A stretch of DNA of 63,961 nt, filler included, from an uncultured bacterium (lineage in GTDB: Bacteria > CAYJRR01): the NCBI GenBank assembly GCA_964372275.1. It is 3 parts of 3 records of this genome, joined end to end, with 100 filler letters (N's around TTAATTAATTAA, not from the genome) between each part and the next. Parts side by side here need not be neighbours in the genome. Positions count along the whole stretch, not along the records: positions 1 to 30,208 come from CAYJRR010000053.1; 2 more parts are not named here. One strand, written 5' to 3'. Numbering within the stretch: the first letter of the stretch is position 1; each line of letters begins with the position of its first letter. The notes beneath the pieces are model-generated. The model did not search any database. It worked only from the letters and a program-made list of their open reading frames with translations, and was not told where the DNA came from. The position numbers and the translations under genes are program-made. Positions 1 to 8,905 of this stretch are shown here, in pieces.

Positions 1-1052
1 GAACCTACATCGACCCACCCGGGCCCTCGGTGCGGCTCGTCACCGATCGGTGGTCGGGCGCGGGGGAGGCCCTCCCGGAGTGGAACACGATCTCCATCTC
101 CGGCTACCACATCCGCGAGGCCGGATCGACGGCCGACCAGGAGCTGGCGTTCACCCTCGCCAACGGGTTGGCCTACGTGCAGGCGGCCATCGAATCAGGC
201 CTCCGTGCGGATGATTTCGCTCCGCAGCTCTCCTTCTTCTTCAACGTGCACAACGACTTCCTGGAGGAGATCGCGAAGTTCCGTGCCGCGAGACGGCTGT
301 GGGCGCGGCTGCTTCGCGAGCGGTTCGGCGCCGCCAACCCCCGGAGCCTGGCGCTCAAGTTCCACGCCCAGACCGCCGGGGCGACGCTGACCGCGCAGCA
401 ACCGAAGAACAACGTCGTCCGGGTCGCGATCCAGTGCCTCGCGGCGGTGCTGGGCGGCGCGCAATCGATCCACACCAACTCCCTCGACGAGGCGCTCGCG
501 CTGCCGAGCGAGGAGAGCGTGCGGGTCGCGCTTCGAACCCAGCAGATCATCGCCGAAGAGACCGGCGTGGCGAACACCGTCGACCCGGTGGGCGGAAGTT
601 ACGCCATCGAAGCGCTGACCGACGAGCTCGAGCGGCGCGCCCTGGCCTACCTCCGGAAGATCGACGCGCTCGGTGGGGCGGTCGCGGCGATCGAGCAGGG
701 GTACGTGCAGCGCGAGATCGAGAACGCCGCCTACGACTACCAGCGTTCGATCGAGCGCGGGCAGCGGATCGTCGTCGGGGTGAATCGCTACCGAAGCGAA
801 GGGGAGCCGCCGATCGCCACGATGAAGATCGACCCCACGCTGGAGCGCCAGCAAGCGGAGCGCGTGCGGGCCTTCAAGGCGCGGCGCGACGCGGAGAAGG
901 CCGGAGCCGCCCGCGGCGAGGTGGAATCGGCGGCGAAGGAGAACCGAAATCTCCTGCCCGCGTTCCTCGCCGCCGTGCAGTCCGGGGTCACTCTCGGCGA
1001 GATCAGCGATACGTTGCGCGGAGTATTTGGCGAGTACCACCCCAGCGCCTAG
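1..1052 (+). CDS. Methylmalonyl-CoA mutase family, substrate-binding (N-terminal domain) subunit, 5'-partial
   Basis: WNTISISGYHIREAG, SFFFNVHNDFLEEIAKFRAARR, KFHAQTAG, HTNSLDEALALP, VVGVN. Frame is open to the window start. No fused B12-binding domain. Confidence 0.95.
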   Translation, partial: TYIDPPGPSVRLVTDRWSGAGEALPEWNTISISGYHIREAGSTADQELAFTLANGLAYVQAAIESGLRADDFAPQLSFFFNVHNDFLEEIAKFRAARRLWARLLRERFGAANPRSLALKFHAQTAGATLTAQQPKNNVVRVAIQCLAAVLGGAQSIHTNSLDEALALPSEESVRVALRTQQIIAEETGVANTVDPVGGSYAIEALTDELERRALAYLRKIDALGGAVAAIEQGYVQREIENAAYDYQRSIERGQRIVVGVNRYRSEGEPPIATMKIDPTLERQQAERVRAFKARRDAEKAGAARGEVESAAKENRNLLPAFLAAVQSGVTLGEISDTLRGVFGEYHPSA

Positions 1053-1888
1053 GCCGGGGCGCCGACGCGGACGGGTAGCTCGATGCCGAGCTCCTTCATC
1101 CGCGGCACGAGCTGCAGATCGACGGCCTGGTAGAAGACGGGAAGCAGCGTCGACGGACCCGGTAGTCCGAACGCCGCCAGCGCCACCTCCTCCTCCGTCG
1201 GCTCGCGCTCCTCCATCTCGCGGCGGAGCGGCCCGCCGAGGCGGCACTCGAGGCGCTCGACCTCCTCCACCAGCCGCTCCGCAAGGCGGCGCTTCGACGC
1301 GTCGTCCCACGACGGCACGAACAGCTTCGCCGTCTCGTACCCCCACGGGCCGTGGAAACTCTCATCGCGGACGATCTCCCCCAGCGCCCACGACGCGATC
1401 GGCACCGACGAGACGAGCTCGGCCTGCTTGAGCAGCAGGTGCGAGGCCTGCTCGCCGACGCAGAAGAAGGCGGCCAGTCCGAGGATCGCCTCCGCCTCCG
1501 CGCCCTTGTCGCGGTCCCATCCGGGGTACGGCGGCGACGGCTGGGCCGGGATCGTCGGCTCCGCCCCCAACGCCCAGATCACCTCGGCGCAGAGATCGAC
1601 GTGCCGCACCTCGTCCTCGACGATGCGGCCGAACGCGCCGAGCACGTCGAGCGGCGCCGCCATCCGCGCCAACGCGGCGGTCATCCAGCCGGCGATCACC
1701 ACCGACTCGAACTCGCTGTCGAGCAGCCCCTGCCAGCCGGCGGCGGCCTTGGCCAGGATCGAAGGGTCGTGCGCGGCGCGGTCGAACCGCGGCGGCCCCT
1801 TGGCGTCGCCGTCCCGGAGAACCCTCTTGCGGTGCACCGCCTTCAGGCGGGTGGTGTCGCGGACGATCGCCAGCCGCTCGGCATCCAT
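1049..1888 (-). CDS. Ferritin-like di-iron carboxylate protein
   Basis: Repeated E...DExxH pattern: SEFES / EDEVRH / VGEQ / RDESFH. Confidence 0.75.
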   Translation of the reverse strand: MDAERLAIVRDTTRLKAVHRKRVLRDGDAKGPPRFDRAAHDPSILAKAAAGWQGLLDSEFESVVIAGWMTAALARMAAPLDVLGAFGRIVEDEVRHVDLCAEVIWALGAEPTIPAQPSPPYPGWDRDKGAEAEAILGLAAFFCVGEQASHLLLKQAELVSSVPIASWALGEIVRDESFHGPWGYETAKLFVPSWDDASKRRLAERLVEEVERLECRLGGPLRREMEEREPTEEEVALAAFGLPGPSTLLPVFYQAVDLQLVPRMKELGIELPVRVGAPA

Positions 1889-1892
1889 CCCG

Positions 1893-2555
1893 TCAGCCGG
1901 CGTCCTGGCGGCGCGTCAATCGCGCCGCGGCCGCCTCGAGAATCGCGAGGGTGGTGGGACGATCGACGAACTGCACGCCGATGCCGACCGGAAAGGCGGT
2001 CGAAGCGGTCGACACCGCTTCGGATCGGTGCACGACCCGCGCCGCGAGCGCGGGCGTCGAGCCCGCCGGCTCGGGAAAGAGGAAGCTGACGGTCACTTCG
2101 CGGTCGATCGGCTCCAGCCGCGTCGTCTCCAGGAAGAGGAAGCCGCGGGAGATCTCCTCGTTCAGCACGCGCGCGAGATGGGCGGCGCTGGTGAAACGAA
2201 ACTCGTAGACGCCGTCGGCCAGCGACGGCTCGACGGTGATCTCGGTCTCCCCCGACCGGCGAAGGAACGGAAGGATCAGCTCCGACGCGAGCAGGAACCG
2301 GACCCCCATTCCGTTGGTCGACTGTCCCGGTACCGACCGGACGTTGACGACGACCGCCTCGACGAGGCAGGTCCGATCGCCGTCCTGGATCTCCATCCGC
2401 AGTCTCGTTCCGACCGGCAGGACGTGATCGGATGCGATGAACATCCCGCCTTCGGAGACGTCGACCGAATGCCCCGCCAACGGCTTCGACTGGCCGGCCT
2501 CTCGAAAGTTGACCGCAAGCCGACGTGCGAATCGCCTCGTCTTCCGTCGTTCCAC
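1893..2555 (-). CDS. Tandem PilZ-domain protein
   Basis: ERRKTRR (RxxxR), DVSEGG (DxSxxG), GMGVRF; second degenerate repeat EISRGF...GIGVQF. Confidence 0.85.
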   Translation of the reverse strand: MERRKTRRFARRLAVNFREAGQSKPLAGHSVDVSEGGMFIASDHVLPVGTRLRMEIQDGDRTCLVEAVVVNVRSVPGQSTNGMGVRFLLASELILPFLRRSGETEITVEPSLADGVYEFRFTSAAHLARVLNEEISRGFLFLETTRLEPIDREVTVSFLFPEPAGSTPALAARVVHRSEAVSTASTAFPVGIGVQFVDRPTTLAILEAAAARLTRRQDAG

Positions 2556-2643
2556 GACGCGATGATACCGGCGCGCGCGAGCGAAACGCCAGGTGGATCG
2601 AGCGCTTGCAAATCCGACCGGAACCTCGTGCTAGTCTTGCGCA

Positions 2644-3171
2644 GTGGGCATCCGGGAGCAGCGGGGATTCAGCCTGATCGAGCTCCTGATCGCGCTCGCG
2701 ATCATCGGGATCCTCGCCACGCTCGCCATCCAACAGTTCTTCGCCTATCGGACCCGGTCGATGCAGGCGGAGGTCAAGGCCAATCTGGCCGCGTTCAAGC
2801 TCTCGGAAGACACGACCTTCGCCGAGTTCAACTACTACACCGACGACTTGACCAAGCTGTCGTGGAGGCCGGAGGGCTCGCCTCGCTACCTCTACGGCTT
2901 CGTCACCGACGGATCGCCCGCCGCCTCGGGCCTCAACGACACGGCGGAGCTCGCCGCTTCGTCGCCCGGCGAATTCTCCACCACGCTGATGGTGGTGACT
3001 CCCGGCGTGCCGCTTTCGGAGGGGGACCTTCCGGGCAGCGCGCAAGCGAGCGCGGAATCCTACACCCTCGGCGCCGTCGCCAACCTCGACGCCGACCTCA
3101 CGCTCGACACCTGGACGATGTCGATGGGCGGCGTGCAGACGATCGCCGTCGACGACTCGACCGCGGACTGA
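2644..3171 (+). CDS. Type IV pilin (PilA-like)
   Basis: Prepilin cleavage motif RG/FSLIEL with E5, hydrophobic helix, then RSMQAEVKANL as in deltaproteobacterial pilins. Confidence 0.9.
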   Translation: MGIREQRGFSLIELLIALAIIGILATLAIQQFFAYRTRSMQAEVKANLAAFKLSEDTTFAEFNYYTDDLTKLSWRPEGSPRYLYGFVTDGSPAASGLNDTAELAASSPGEFSTTLMVVTPGVPLSEGDLPGSAQASAESYTLGAVANLDADLTLDTWTMSMGGVQTIAVDDSTAD

Positions 3172-4235
3172 TGGCCGCGAAGCGCGCTTCCGAAGGGCCT
3201 CCGGTACCGGCACGTTACGCCGACGCTTCGGAGCGCGTCGAGGCCACCGTCGACGGGATCTCCGCGGACGGTGGATCGGTGGTCGGATACTGGATGCGGC
3301 CGGTCGGGATGTCGTTTCGGCTCGCGATCCCGCACCCGGTGACGAAGTCCGAGCTCCTCGTCGACTGCAAGGTGCGCCGTGTGCGCTCCGCCCCCGGCCG
3401 AATGTGGAGGTTGGACGTCCGATTCGAGCACGCCGACGAATCGGAGCGGGAGCGCGTGTCGGCGTTCGTCTCCTCGCTTCGATCCGCCGCCCGGCCGGCG
3501 GGCGAATCGCCGGCGGAGCCTGCGCCGGTCGAGCCTGCGCCCGCCGTACCGGCGGCGCCGGCACGGGCCGCGGTCGACGAATGGGTGGCCGGAGCGACCG
3601 AAGCCAGCCTTGCCCGGAATCACGGCGAGGCGGTGCGTTGCGTCGACCAGGCCCTCGCGCTCGAGCCGTCCAACGCCGAGTTGCATTGGCTCCGGGCCCG
3701 TTTCCTCTCCTCCGATCCGCGGCGCCTCGACGAAGCGCGCGCCGCCGCGAAGCGCGCCACGGAGATCAGCCCCCGGAACCGGATCTACGCCGCGCTCGTC
3801 GAGACGCTCGAAGGGCGACACGACGCCGTGTCGCCGGCTCGGCCGACGCCGGTCCGCGCGCCATCCCGCTCCCCACACGCCGCGATGGTCGCGGCCTTCG
3901 TCGGCGTCCTCCTCCTTGCCGGGCAGGTGGGATGGGTGTTGGCGAGCGGACTGCGTTCGCCTTCCGTCGCCCAGATCGACCCTCGGCCGTACTCCCGGAT
4001 CGTCCCGCTTCGCCGGGTCCAGGTGTTGAAGGGGCGGATCTACGCCACCGTGGGGCCGGGCTGGAACGAGATCTCGGACAAACCCTCGACCGTCCTCCGG
4101 CTGGCGCAGACGATCCGCCGCGATCGCCCCGCCGACGACCTCCTGCTCGCAGACGAAGGGGCCCGCATGGTGGCCACGGTGCGGCGCGATGCGGTGAAGA
4201 TCTACGCGCCGGCCGGCGGCGACTCCGGTCCCTGA
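3171..4235 (+). CDS. Degenerate PilZ + TPR + transmembrane protein
   Basis: ATG overlaps the pilin stop (TGATG). PilZ-like CKVRRVR...LDVRF, TPR-like ALALEPSNAE / ATEISPRN, TM helix AAFVGVLLLAGQVGWVL. Confidence 0.65.
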   Translation: MAAKRASEGPPVPARYADASERVEATVDGISADGGSVVGYWMRPVGMSFRLAIPHPVTKSELLVDCKVRRVRSAPGRMWRLDVRFEHADESERERVSAFVSSLRSAARPAGESPAEPAPVEPAPAVPAAPARAAVDEWVAGATEASLARNHGEAVRCVDQALALEPSNAELHWLRARFLSSDPRRLDEARAAAKRATEISPRNRIYAALVETLEGRHDAVSPARPTPVRAPSRSPHAAMVAAFVGVLLLAGQVGWVLASGLRSPSVAQIDPRPYSRIVPLRRVQVLKGRIYATVGPGWNEISDKPSTVLRLAQTIRRDRPADDLLLADEGARMVATVRRDAVKIYAPAGGDSGP

Positions 4236-4990
4236 CGCGTTCGCTCGAAGATCCGCGCCAGGACGAGGCCGATCTCGTAGAGGACGATCATCGGCCCCCC
4301 CATCATCAGCATCGTCACCGGATCGGTGGTCGGGGTGACCACGGCGGAGAAGACCAGCATCCCGAAATACATCAGCCGCCGGTAGCGGACGAAGAAGCGC
4401 GGCCGGAGGACCCCCCCCATCGAAAGCAGCATCATCAGCAGCGGGAGCTCGAACATCACGCCGAAGGCGAGCAGCAACGTCGAGCAGAGCTTGAAGTAGG
4501 CGCGCATCGAGGTCAGGAAGAGGAACTGTCCCTGCTCCTCGAGTCCGAAGAGGAAGCGGAAGGTGACCGGGAAGATCGCGAAGAATCCGAACGCCGCCCC
4601 GGCCGCGAACAGCGCCCCGGCGGCGAGGCCGAACGGGACGGCCACCTTCTTCTCGTGCTGGTAGAGGCCCGGGGCGATGAACGCCCATGCTTCGACCATC
4701 AGCAGCGGCGAGGAGAGGAAGAAGGCGATCAGCGCGCCGACCTTGAGGTAGACCCAGAACGCCTCGGTCAGGTCGCGCGGGTAGACGAAGCAGCGCGACG
4801 GCCGGATCTCGCAGAGCGGGAGCATCAGGTAGTCCCACGCGCGGTCGACGAAGAAGAAGGCGACCGCCGCCGCGGCCGCGAACCAGAGGCTCGACCGGAT
4901 CAGGTGCTTGCGGAGCACCGCCAGGTGCTCCAGGAACGGCATCTCCCCCGAATCGTCCCGTCGCGGGGGCTGTTGCTCGCCGACGCTCAC
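4202..4990 (-). CDS. tatC: Twin-arginine translocase subunit TatC (downstream paralogue)
   Basis: MPFLEHL, WAFIAPGLYQHE, FGVMFELP, TPTTDPVTM, LYEIG. GTG start overlaps the upstream stop (GTGA). Confidence 0.95.
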   Translation of the reverse strand: MSVGEQQPPRRDDSGEMPFLEHLAVLRKHLIRSSLWFAAAAAVAFFFVDRAWDYLMLPLCEIRPSRCFVYPRDLTEAFWVYLKVGALIAFFLSSPLLMVEAWAFIAPGLYQHEKKVAVPFGLAAGALFAAGAAFGFFAIFPVTFRFLFGLEEQGQFLFLTSMRAYFKLCSTLLLAFGVMFELPLLMMLLSMGGVLRPRFFVRYRRLMYFGMLVFSAVVTPTTDPVTMLMMGGPMIVLYEIGLVLARIFERTRQGPESPPAGA

Positions 4991-5892
4991 GGCTCCGGAT
5001 CCGCGAACTCGTCGAGCTCGGCCAGCCGCCGCTCGACGAACGACGGACCGGCCCCCTTCCCGAGACGGGCGAACAGGATCCCCAGCTCGTAGAGCGCCAC
5101 GAGCGGCAGCGCCATCGCCGTCATGGTCAGCGGATCGGTCGTCGGCGTGACGGCGGCGGAAAAGATGAAGAGGCCGAACAGCGCATGCCGCCGGTAGCGG
5201 GAAAAGGTGCCGGCGTCGGCCACGCCGAGCCGGGCCAGGAGGAACATCAGCAACGGCAGTTCGAACGTCACGCCGAACCCGAGAAGCAACATGCTGATGA
5301 TGCCGAAGTAGGACTGCGGCGTGGGGAGGCTCACCACGCGCTCCCCGCCGACGCGAAGGATGAATTCGAAGGCGCGCGGGAAGACGACGAAGAACCCGAA
5401 GCAGGCGCCTCCGACGAAGAAGAGCGTCGCCGACGAGACGAACCCCAGGACCCACCTCCGGGCCGTCGCGCTCATGTACGGCGAAAGGAGCGCCCACAGC
5501 TGGTAGAAGATCACCGGCGAGGCGGCGAACAGGCCCACCAGCAACGACAGTTTGAACAGGACGACGATCGGCTCGAGCGGGTCGGTGGGGAACAACGCGC
5601 ACGACCCGACGAGTGTCGCGCCGGGTACCGCCGCGGCGTGAGCCGTCGGCATCGCCGCGCACAGCGGACGCATCAGGAGCTCGAAGATCTGCCGCGAGAA
5701 GATCCCGGCGAGCGCCGCGGCTCCGCCGATCGTCCCGAGAACGATCAACAGCCGTCGGCGGATCTCACCGAACTTGCGGAGGACCTGGGCGCCGGGCGTC
5801 CGGCCGTCGTTGTCGTCGTCCCATTCGTCCTCGAGCTCCTCCTCGATGCGCTCCTGGGCCCGCTTCCGTTGTTCCGGTGTGAGGGGCGACAT
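4987..5892 (-). CDS. tatC: Twin-arginine translocase subunit TatC (upstream, divergent paralogue)
   Basis: EIRRRLL, SPVIFYQLW, FGVTFELP, TPTTDPLTM, LYELG; acidic N-terminal extension. Confidence 0.9.
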   Translation of the reverse strand: MSPLTPEQRKRAQERIEEELEDEWDDDNDGRTPGAQVLRKFGEIRRRLLIVLGTIGGAAALAGIFSRQIFELLMRPLCAAMPTAHAAAVPGATLVGSCALFPTDPLEPIVVLFKLSLLVGLFAASPVIFYQLWALLSPYMSATARRWVLGFVSSATLFFVGGACFGFFVVFPRAFEFILRVGGERVVSLPTPQSYFGIISMLLLGFGVTFELPLLMFLLARLGVADAGTFSRYRRHALFGLFIFSAAVTPTTDPLTMTAMALPLVALYELGILFARLGKGAGPSFVERRLAELDEFADPEP

Positions 5893-5899
5893 CGATCGA

Positions 5900-6373
5900 C
5901 TAGCCGCCGCCGGCCTTCGGCTCGTCCCCGCCCGAGCCGGCCACATCGCGAACGGCATCGCGTTCGTTCCCCGAAGCGCCTCCGTCGCGGGTCGGCGCCC
6001 CCCCGTCGGGCGCCGCCGTCGCGCCGCCGTCGGACACCCCCGTCGCGGCTCCGCCGGTTCCGCCGGCCGCGTTGCCGGCCAGCTCCGAATAGGGGACGCC
6101 CGCCGCGCTCGTCTCCGGGGTCGCCAGCTCCTCGGGATCGACCCCCAGCTCGGCCGCCACCTTTGCCCGCCGCTTTGCGCGGCGGTGCGCCCGTCGGTAG
6201 TGGTCGTCGTCGATCTCGCGCTCCAGCGAATACTGGAACTCGTTCGACGCCTTCTTCACCTCGCGGGCGATCTTTCCCGCCTGGCGCATGAGCTGCGGCA
6301 GCTTCTGGGGGCCGAAGAACAACAGCCCCGCCACCACCAGCAGCAGGATCTCCCAGCCACCGAGCCCGAACAT
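5900..6373 (-). CDS. tatB: TatA/TatB family subunit (TatB-like)
   Basis: MFGLGGWEILLLVVAGLLFFGPQKLP, amphipathic helix, long tail; first gene of the tat operon. Confidence 0.85.
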   Translation of the reverse strand: MFGLGGWEILLLVVAGLLFFGPQKLPQLMRQAGKIAREVKKASNEFQYSLEREIDDDHYRRAHRRAKRRAKVAAELGVDPEELATPETSAAGVPYSELAGNAAGGTGGAATGVSDGGATAAPDGGAPTRDGGASGNERDAVRDVAGSGGDEPKAGGG

Positions 6374-6453
6374 GCGATCTCCACGATAGCACGAGTCAAA
6401 ACGCGCGCGAGGTTGACCTCGCCGCTCCGGTTGGGCTACGACACGCGTCGACC

Positions 6454-7506
6454 ATGCGACGCGTCGGAACGACCCTCGACCGGCGCTTCTTCAAGCACGT
6501 TCCGCCCGAAGAGCATCCCGAACATCCCGGCCGTCTCGAGGTGGTGCAGGCGCTCCTCGACCGGCCGCCGTACCGCAAGCTCGAGAGCCTGGTCCGCCTC
6601 CCCGCCCGCGCGGCCTCCCGGCAGGACCTGTCGCGCATCCACACCCGCAACCATCTCGACCGCCTGGCCGGGACCGCGGGGACGACGAAGGCGCTCTACC
6701 CCGATCCCGACACCTACGTCGCCGCCGACACCTGGGACGCGGCGCGCTACGCCGCCGGCTCGACCGTCTTCGCCGTCGGCGCGGTGCTCGACCACGAGAT
6801 CGACGCCGCCTTCGTCTTCCCGCGCCCGCCCGGCCATCACGCGGAGTCCGATCGCACCTCGGGCTTCTGCCTGCTGAACAACGTGGCGATCGCCGCCGCG
6901 CACGCGATCGAGGCGCGGGGGATCGAGCGGGTGCTGGTGGTCGACTGGGATCTCCACCACGGAAACGGTACCCAGAAGAGCTTTTACGAGCGCTCGGACG
7001 TGCTCTACATGAGCCTGCATCAGCATCCGTACTTTCCGGGGACCGGCGCCGCCGAGGAGGCGGGCGCCGGCGCCGGACTCGGCTACACCGTCAACGTCCC
7101 GATGTCGGCCGGACGCGGCGACCGCGACTACCTCGCCGTCTTCCGCGAACTGTTCCGGCCGATCGCGTTGCGGTACCGCCCGGAGCTGGTCCTCGTGTCC
7201 GCCGGGTTCGATCCCTACTACCTCGATCCGCTGGGGGGGATGAAGGTCACCGCGGACGGCTTCGCGCGCATGGCACGGACGTTGATCGATCTCGCGCAGG
7301 AGACGGCGAAGGGCCGGATCGCCTTCGTGCTCGAAGGTGGATATCACCTCGAAGGCCTGCGCGATTCGGTGAAGGCGGTGCTCGACGTGTTGATCGATCT
7401 CCCGGGGACGGCGTCGGCAGCCGACCCCGGAGAGCCGCCGACCGCCGAGGGACGAACGGCGATCAACCGGACGCGGGCGGTCCATTCCAGACACTGGCGC
7501 TTGTAG
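6454..7506 (+). CDS. Histone deacetylase family protein
   Basis: HPEHPGR, RPPGHHA, GFCLLNN, DWDLHHGNGTQ, SAGFD, EGGY. Confidence 0.95.
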   Translation: MRRVGTTLDRRFFKHVPPEEHPEHPGRLEVVQALLDRPPYRKLESLVRLPARAASRQDLSRIHTRNHLDRLAGTAGTTKALYPDPDTYVAADTWDAARYAAGSTVFAVGAVLDHEIDAAFVFPRPPGHHAESDRTSGFCLLNNVAIAAAHAIEARGIERVLVVDWDLHHGNGTQKSFYERSDVLYMSLHQHPYFPGTGAAEEAGAGAGLGYTVNVPMSAGRGDRDYLAVFRELFRPIALRYRPELVLVSAGFDPYYLDPLGGMKVTADGFARMARTLIDLAQETAKGRIAFVLEGGYHLEGLRDSVKAVLDVLIDLPGTASAADPGEPPTAEGRTAINRTRAVHSRHWRL

Positions 7507-7532
7507 ACGTTGACGACAAGGAGACGACGACG

Positions 7533-8330
7533 ATGGAAAGACGACGCATCGCACTCACCCTCGCGGCCCTCGTGGCCGCCGCGGCGTGCCGCAAGGACGG
7601 CGCGCCCCCCGCGGAGCCGGCAAAACCGGCCCCCGCGTCGACCGCCGCATCCCCGGTCGCCGCCGATGCCACGACCGCCGCCACCACCGGCACGTCGGGC
7701 GACGCGACCGGCGGCGCAAGCACGACGACCGCCGCCGGGTCCGGCGCCGCCGGCGGAAACCTGCTGAACCTTGAGCGCCCCGCCTACGACAAGAGCGCCC
7801 CGAACTGGAAGCTCGGCGTGCAGATGCCGAAGGTGGCGAACTTCGACCCGAAGAAGGACTACTTCGTCACCCTCCACACCACCTTCGGCGACATCACGCT
7901 GCGCCTGTTCCCCGACGTCGCCCCGCAGCACGTCACGTCGTTCATCAACCTGGTGGAGATCGGGTTCTACGACGACGTGAGGTTCCATCGCATCATCCCC
8001 GGATTCATGATGCAGGGGGGCGATCCGTTGGGTCAGGGAAGCGGAGGACCGGCGTACAAGATGAAGGCGGAGTTCAATCCGCGGAAGCACCTGCGAGGCA
8101 CGCTCGCCGCGGCGCGCACCCCCGATCCGAACAGCGCCGGCAGCCAGTTCTACATCTGCTTCAAGGAAACGCCGTTCCTCGACAACCAGTACACCGTCTT
8201 CGGCGAGGTCACCCAGGGGCTCGACATCGTCGACAAGTTCGAGAAGATCGGCACTCCCAGCGGGAAGCCGACCGCCGACGCGCGGATCGTCCGCGCCGAG
8301 GCCTTCACCACACCCAAGGGCCGCACATGA
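7533..8330 (+). CDS. Cyclophilin-type peptidyl-prolyl isomerase, lipoprotein
   Basis: Lipobox AAAC, Ala/Thr/Gly linker, FHRIIPGFMMQGGDP, SAGSQFYI, YTVFGEV. Confidence 0.92.
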   Translation: MERRRIALTLAALVAAAACRKDGAPPAEPAKPAPASTAASPVAADATTAATTGTSGDATGGASTTTAAGSGAAGGNLLNLERPAYDKSAPNWKLGVQMPKVANFDPKKDYFVTLHTTFGDITLRLFPDVAPQHVTSFINLVEIGFYDDVRFHRIIPGFMMQGGDPLGQGSGGPAYKMKAEFNPRKHLRGTLAAARTPDPNSAGSQFYICFKETPFLDNQYTVFGEVTQGLDIVDKFEKIGTPSGKPTADARIVRAEAFTTPKGRT

Positions 8331-8905
8331 GCGACTCCAACGTCCTGGGGCTCGACCGCCCCTCCATCGACAAATCGAGCTCCGACTGGAAGCTGCGCGT
8401 CGGCCTGATGAAGCCGCCGTCGTTCGACTCCAAGAAGGAGTACCTGGCGACGCTCGGAACGACCTTCGGCGAGATCACCCTGCGCCTGTTCCCGGATGTC
8501 GCCCCGCAGCACGTCACGTCGTTCATCAACCTGTGCGAGATCGGGTTCTACGACGACGTGAAGTTCCACCGGATCATCCCGGGCTTCATGGCGCAGGGGG
8601 GCGACCCCCTGGGACAGGGCACCGGCGGGCCGGCGTACAAGATGAAGTCGGAGTTCAACGAGCGGAAGCACGTCCGCGGCACCCTCGCGGCGGCCCGCAC
8701 CAACGACCCAAACAGCGCCGGCTCGCAGTTCTACATCTGCTTCCAGCCGGCGCCGTTCCTCGACCGCCAGTACACCGTCTTCGGCGAGGTGACCAAGGGG
8801 CTCGAGGTTCTCGACAAGCTGGAGGCGATCGGAACCAAGAGCGGCGCGCCGACCAAGGACGCCCGCATCGACTTCGCGATGGTTTCGGTGGTCGACAAGA
8901 AGTGA
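8327..8905 (+). CDS. Cyclophilin-type peptidyl-prolyl isomerase, cytoplasmic
   Basis: FHRIIPGFMAQGGDP, SAGSQFYI, YTVFGEV; no signal peptide; ATGA overlap. Confidence 0.95.
   Translation: MSDSNVLGLDRPSIDKSSSDWKLRVGLMKPPSFDSKKEYLATLGTTFGEITLRLFPDVAPQHVTSFINLCEIGFYDDVKFHRIIPGFMAQGGDPLGQGTGGPAYKMKSEFNERKHVRGTLAAARTNDPNSAGSQFYICFQPAPFLDRQYTVFGEVTKGLEVLDKLEAIGTKSGAPTKDARIDFAMVSVVDKK

Noticed and set aside
1-75. Odd residues in the mutase (TYIDPP, TDRWSGAG)
   Set aside because: They sit at the sequence start and look like T-to-G miscalls from low-quality read ends, not real divergence.
2594-2610. Sigma-54 promoter before the pilin (TGGATCGAGCGCTTGCA)
   Set aside because: The GG-GC spacing is 11, not the obligatory 10.
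2644-3171. Electrically conductive pilin (F1, F24, Y27, F51, Y57; 16 aromatics in 167 aa)
   Set aside because: These positions are common in deltaproteobacterial pilins, aromatic gaps reach 28 aa, no multiheme cytochromes are nearby, and the criterion is weak.
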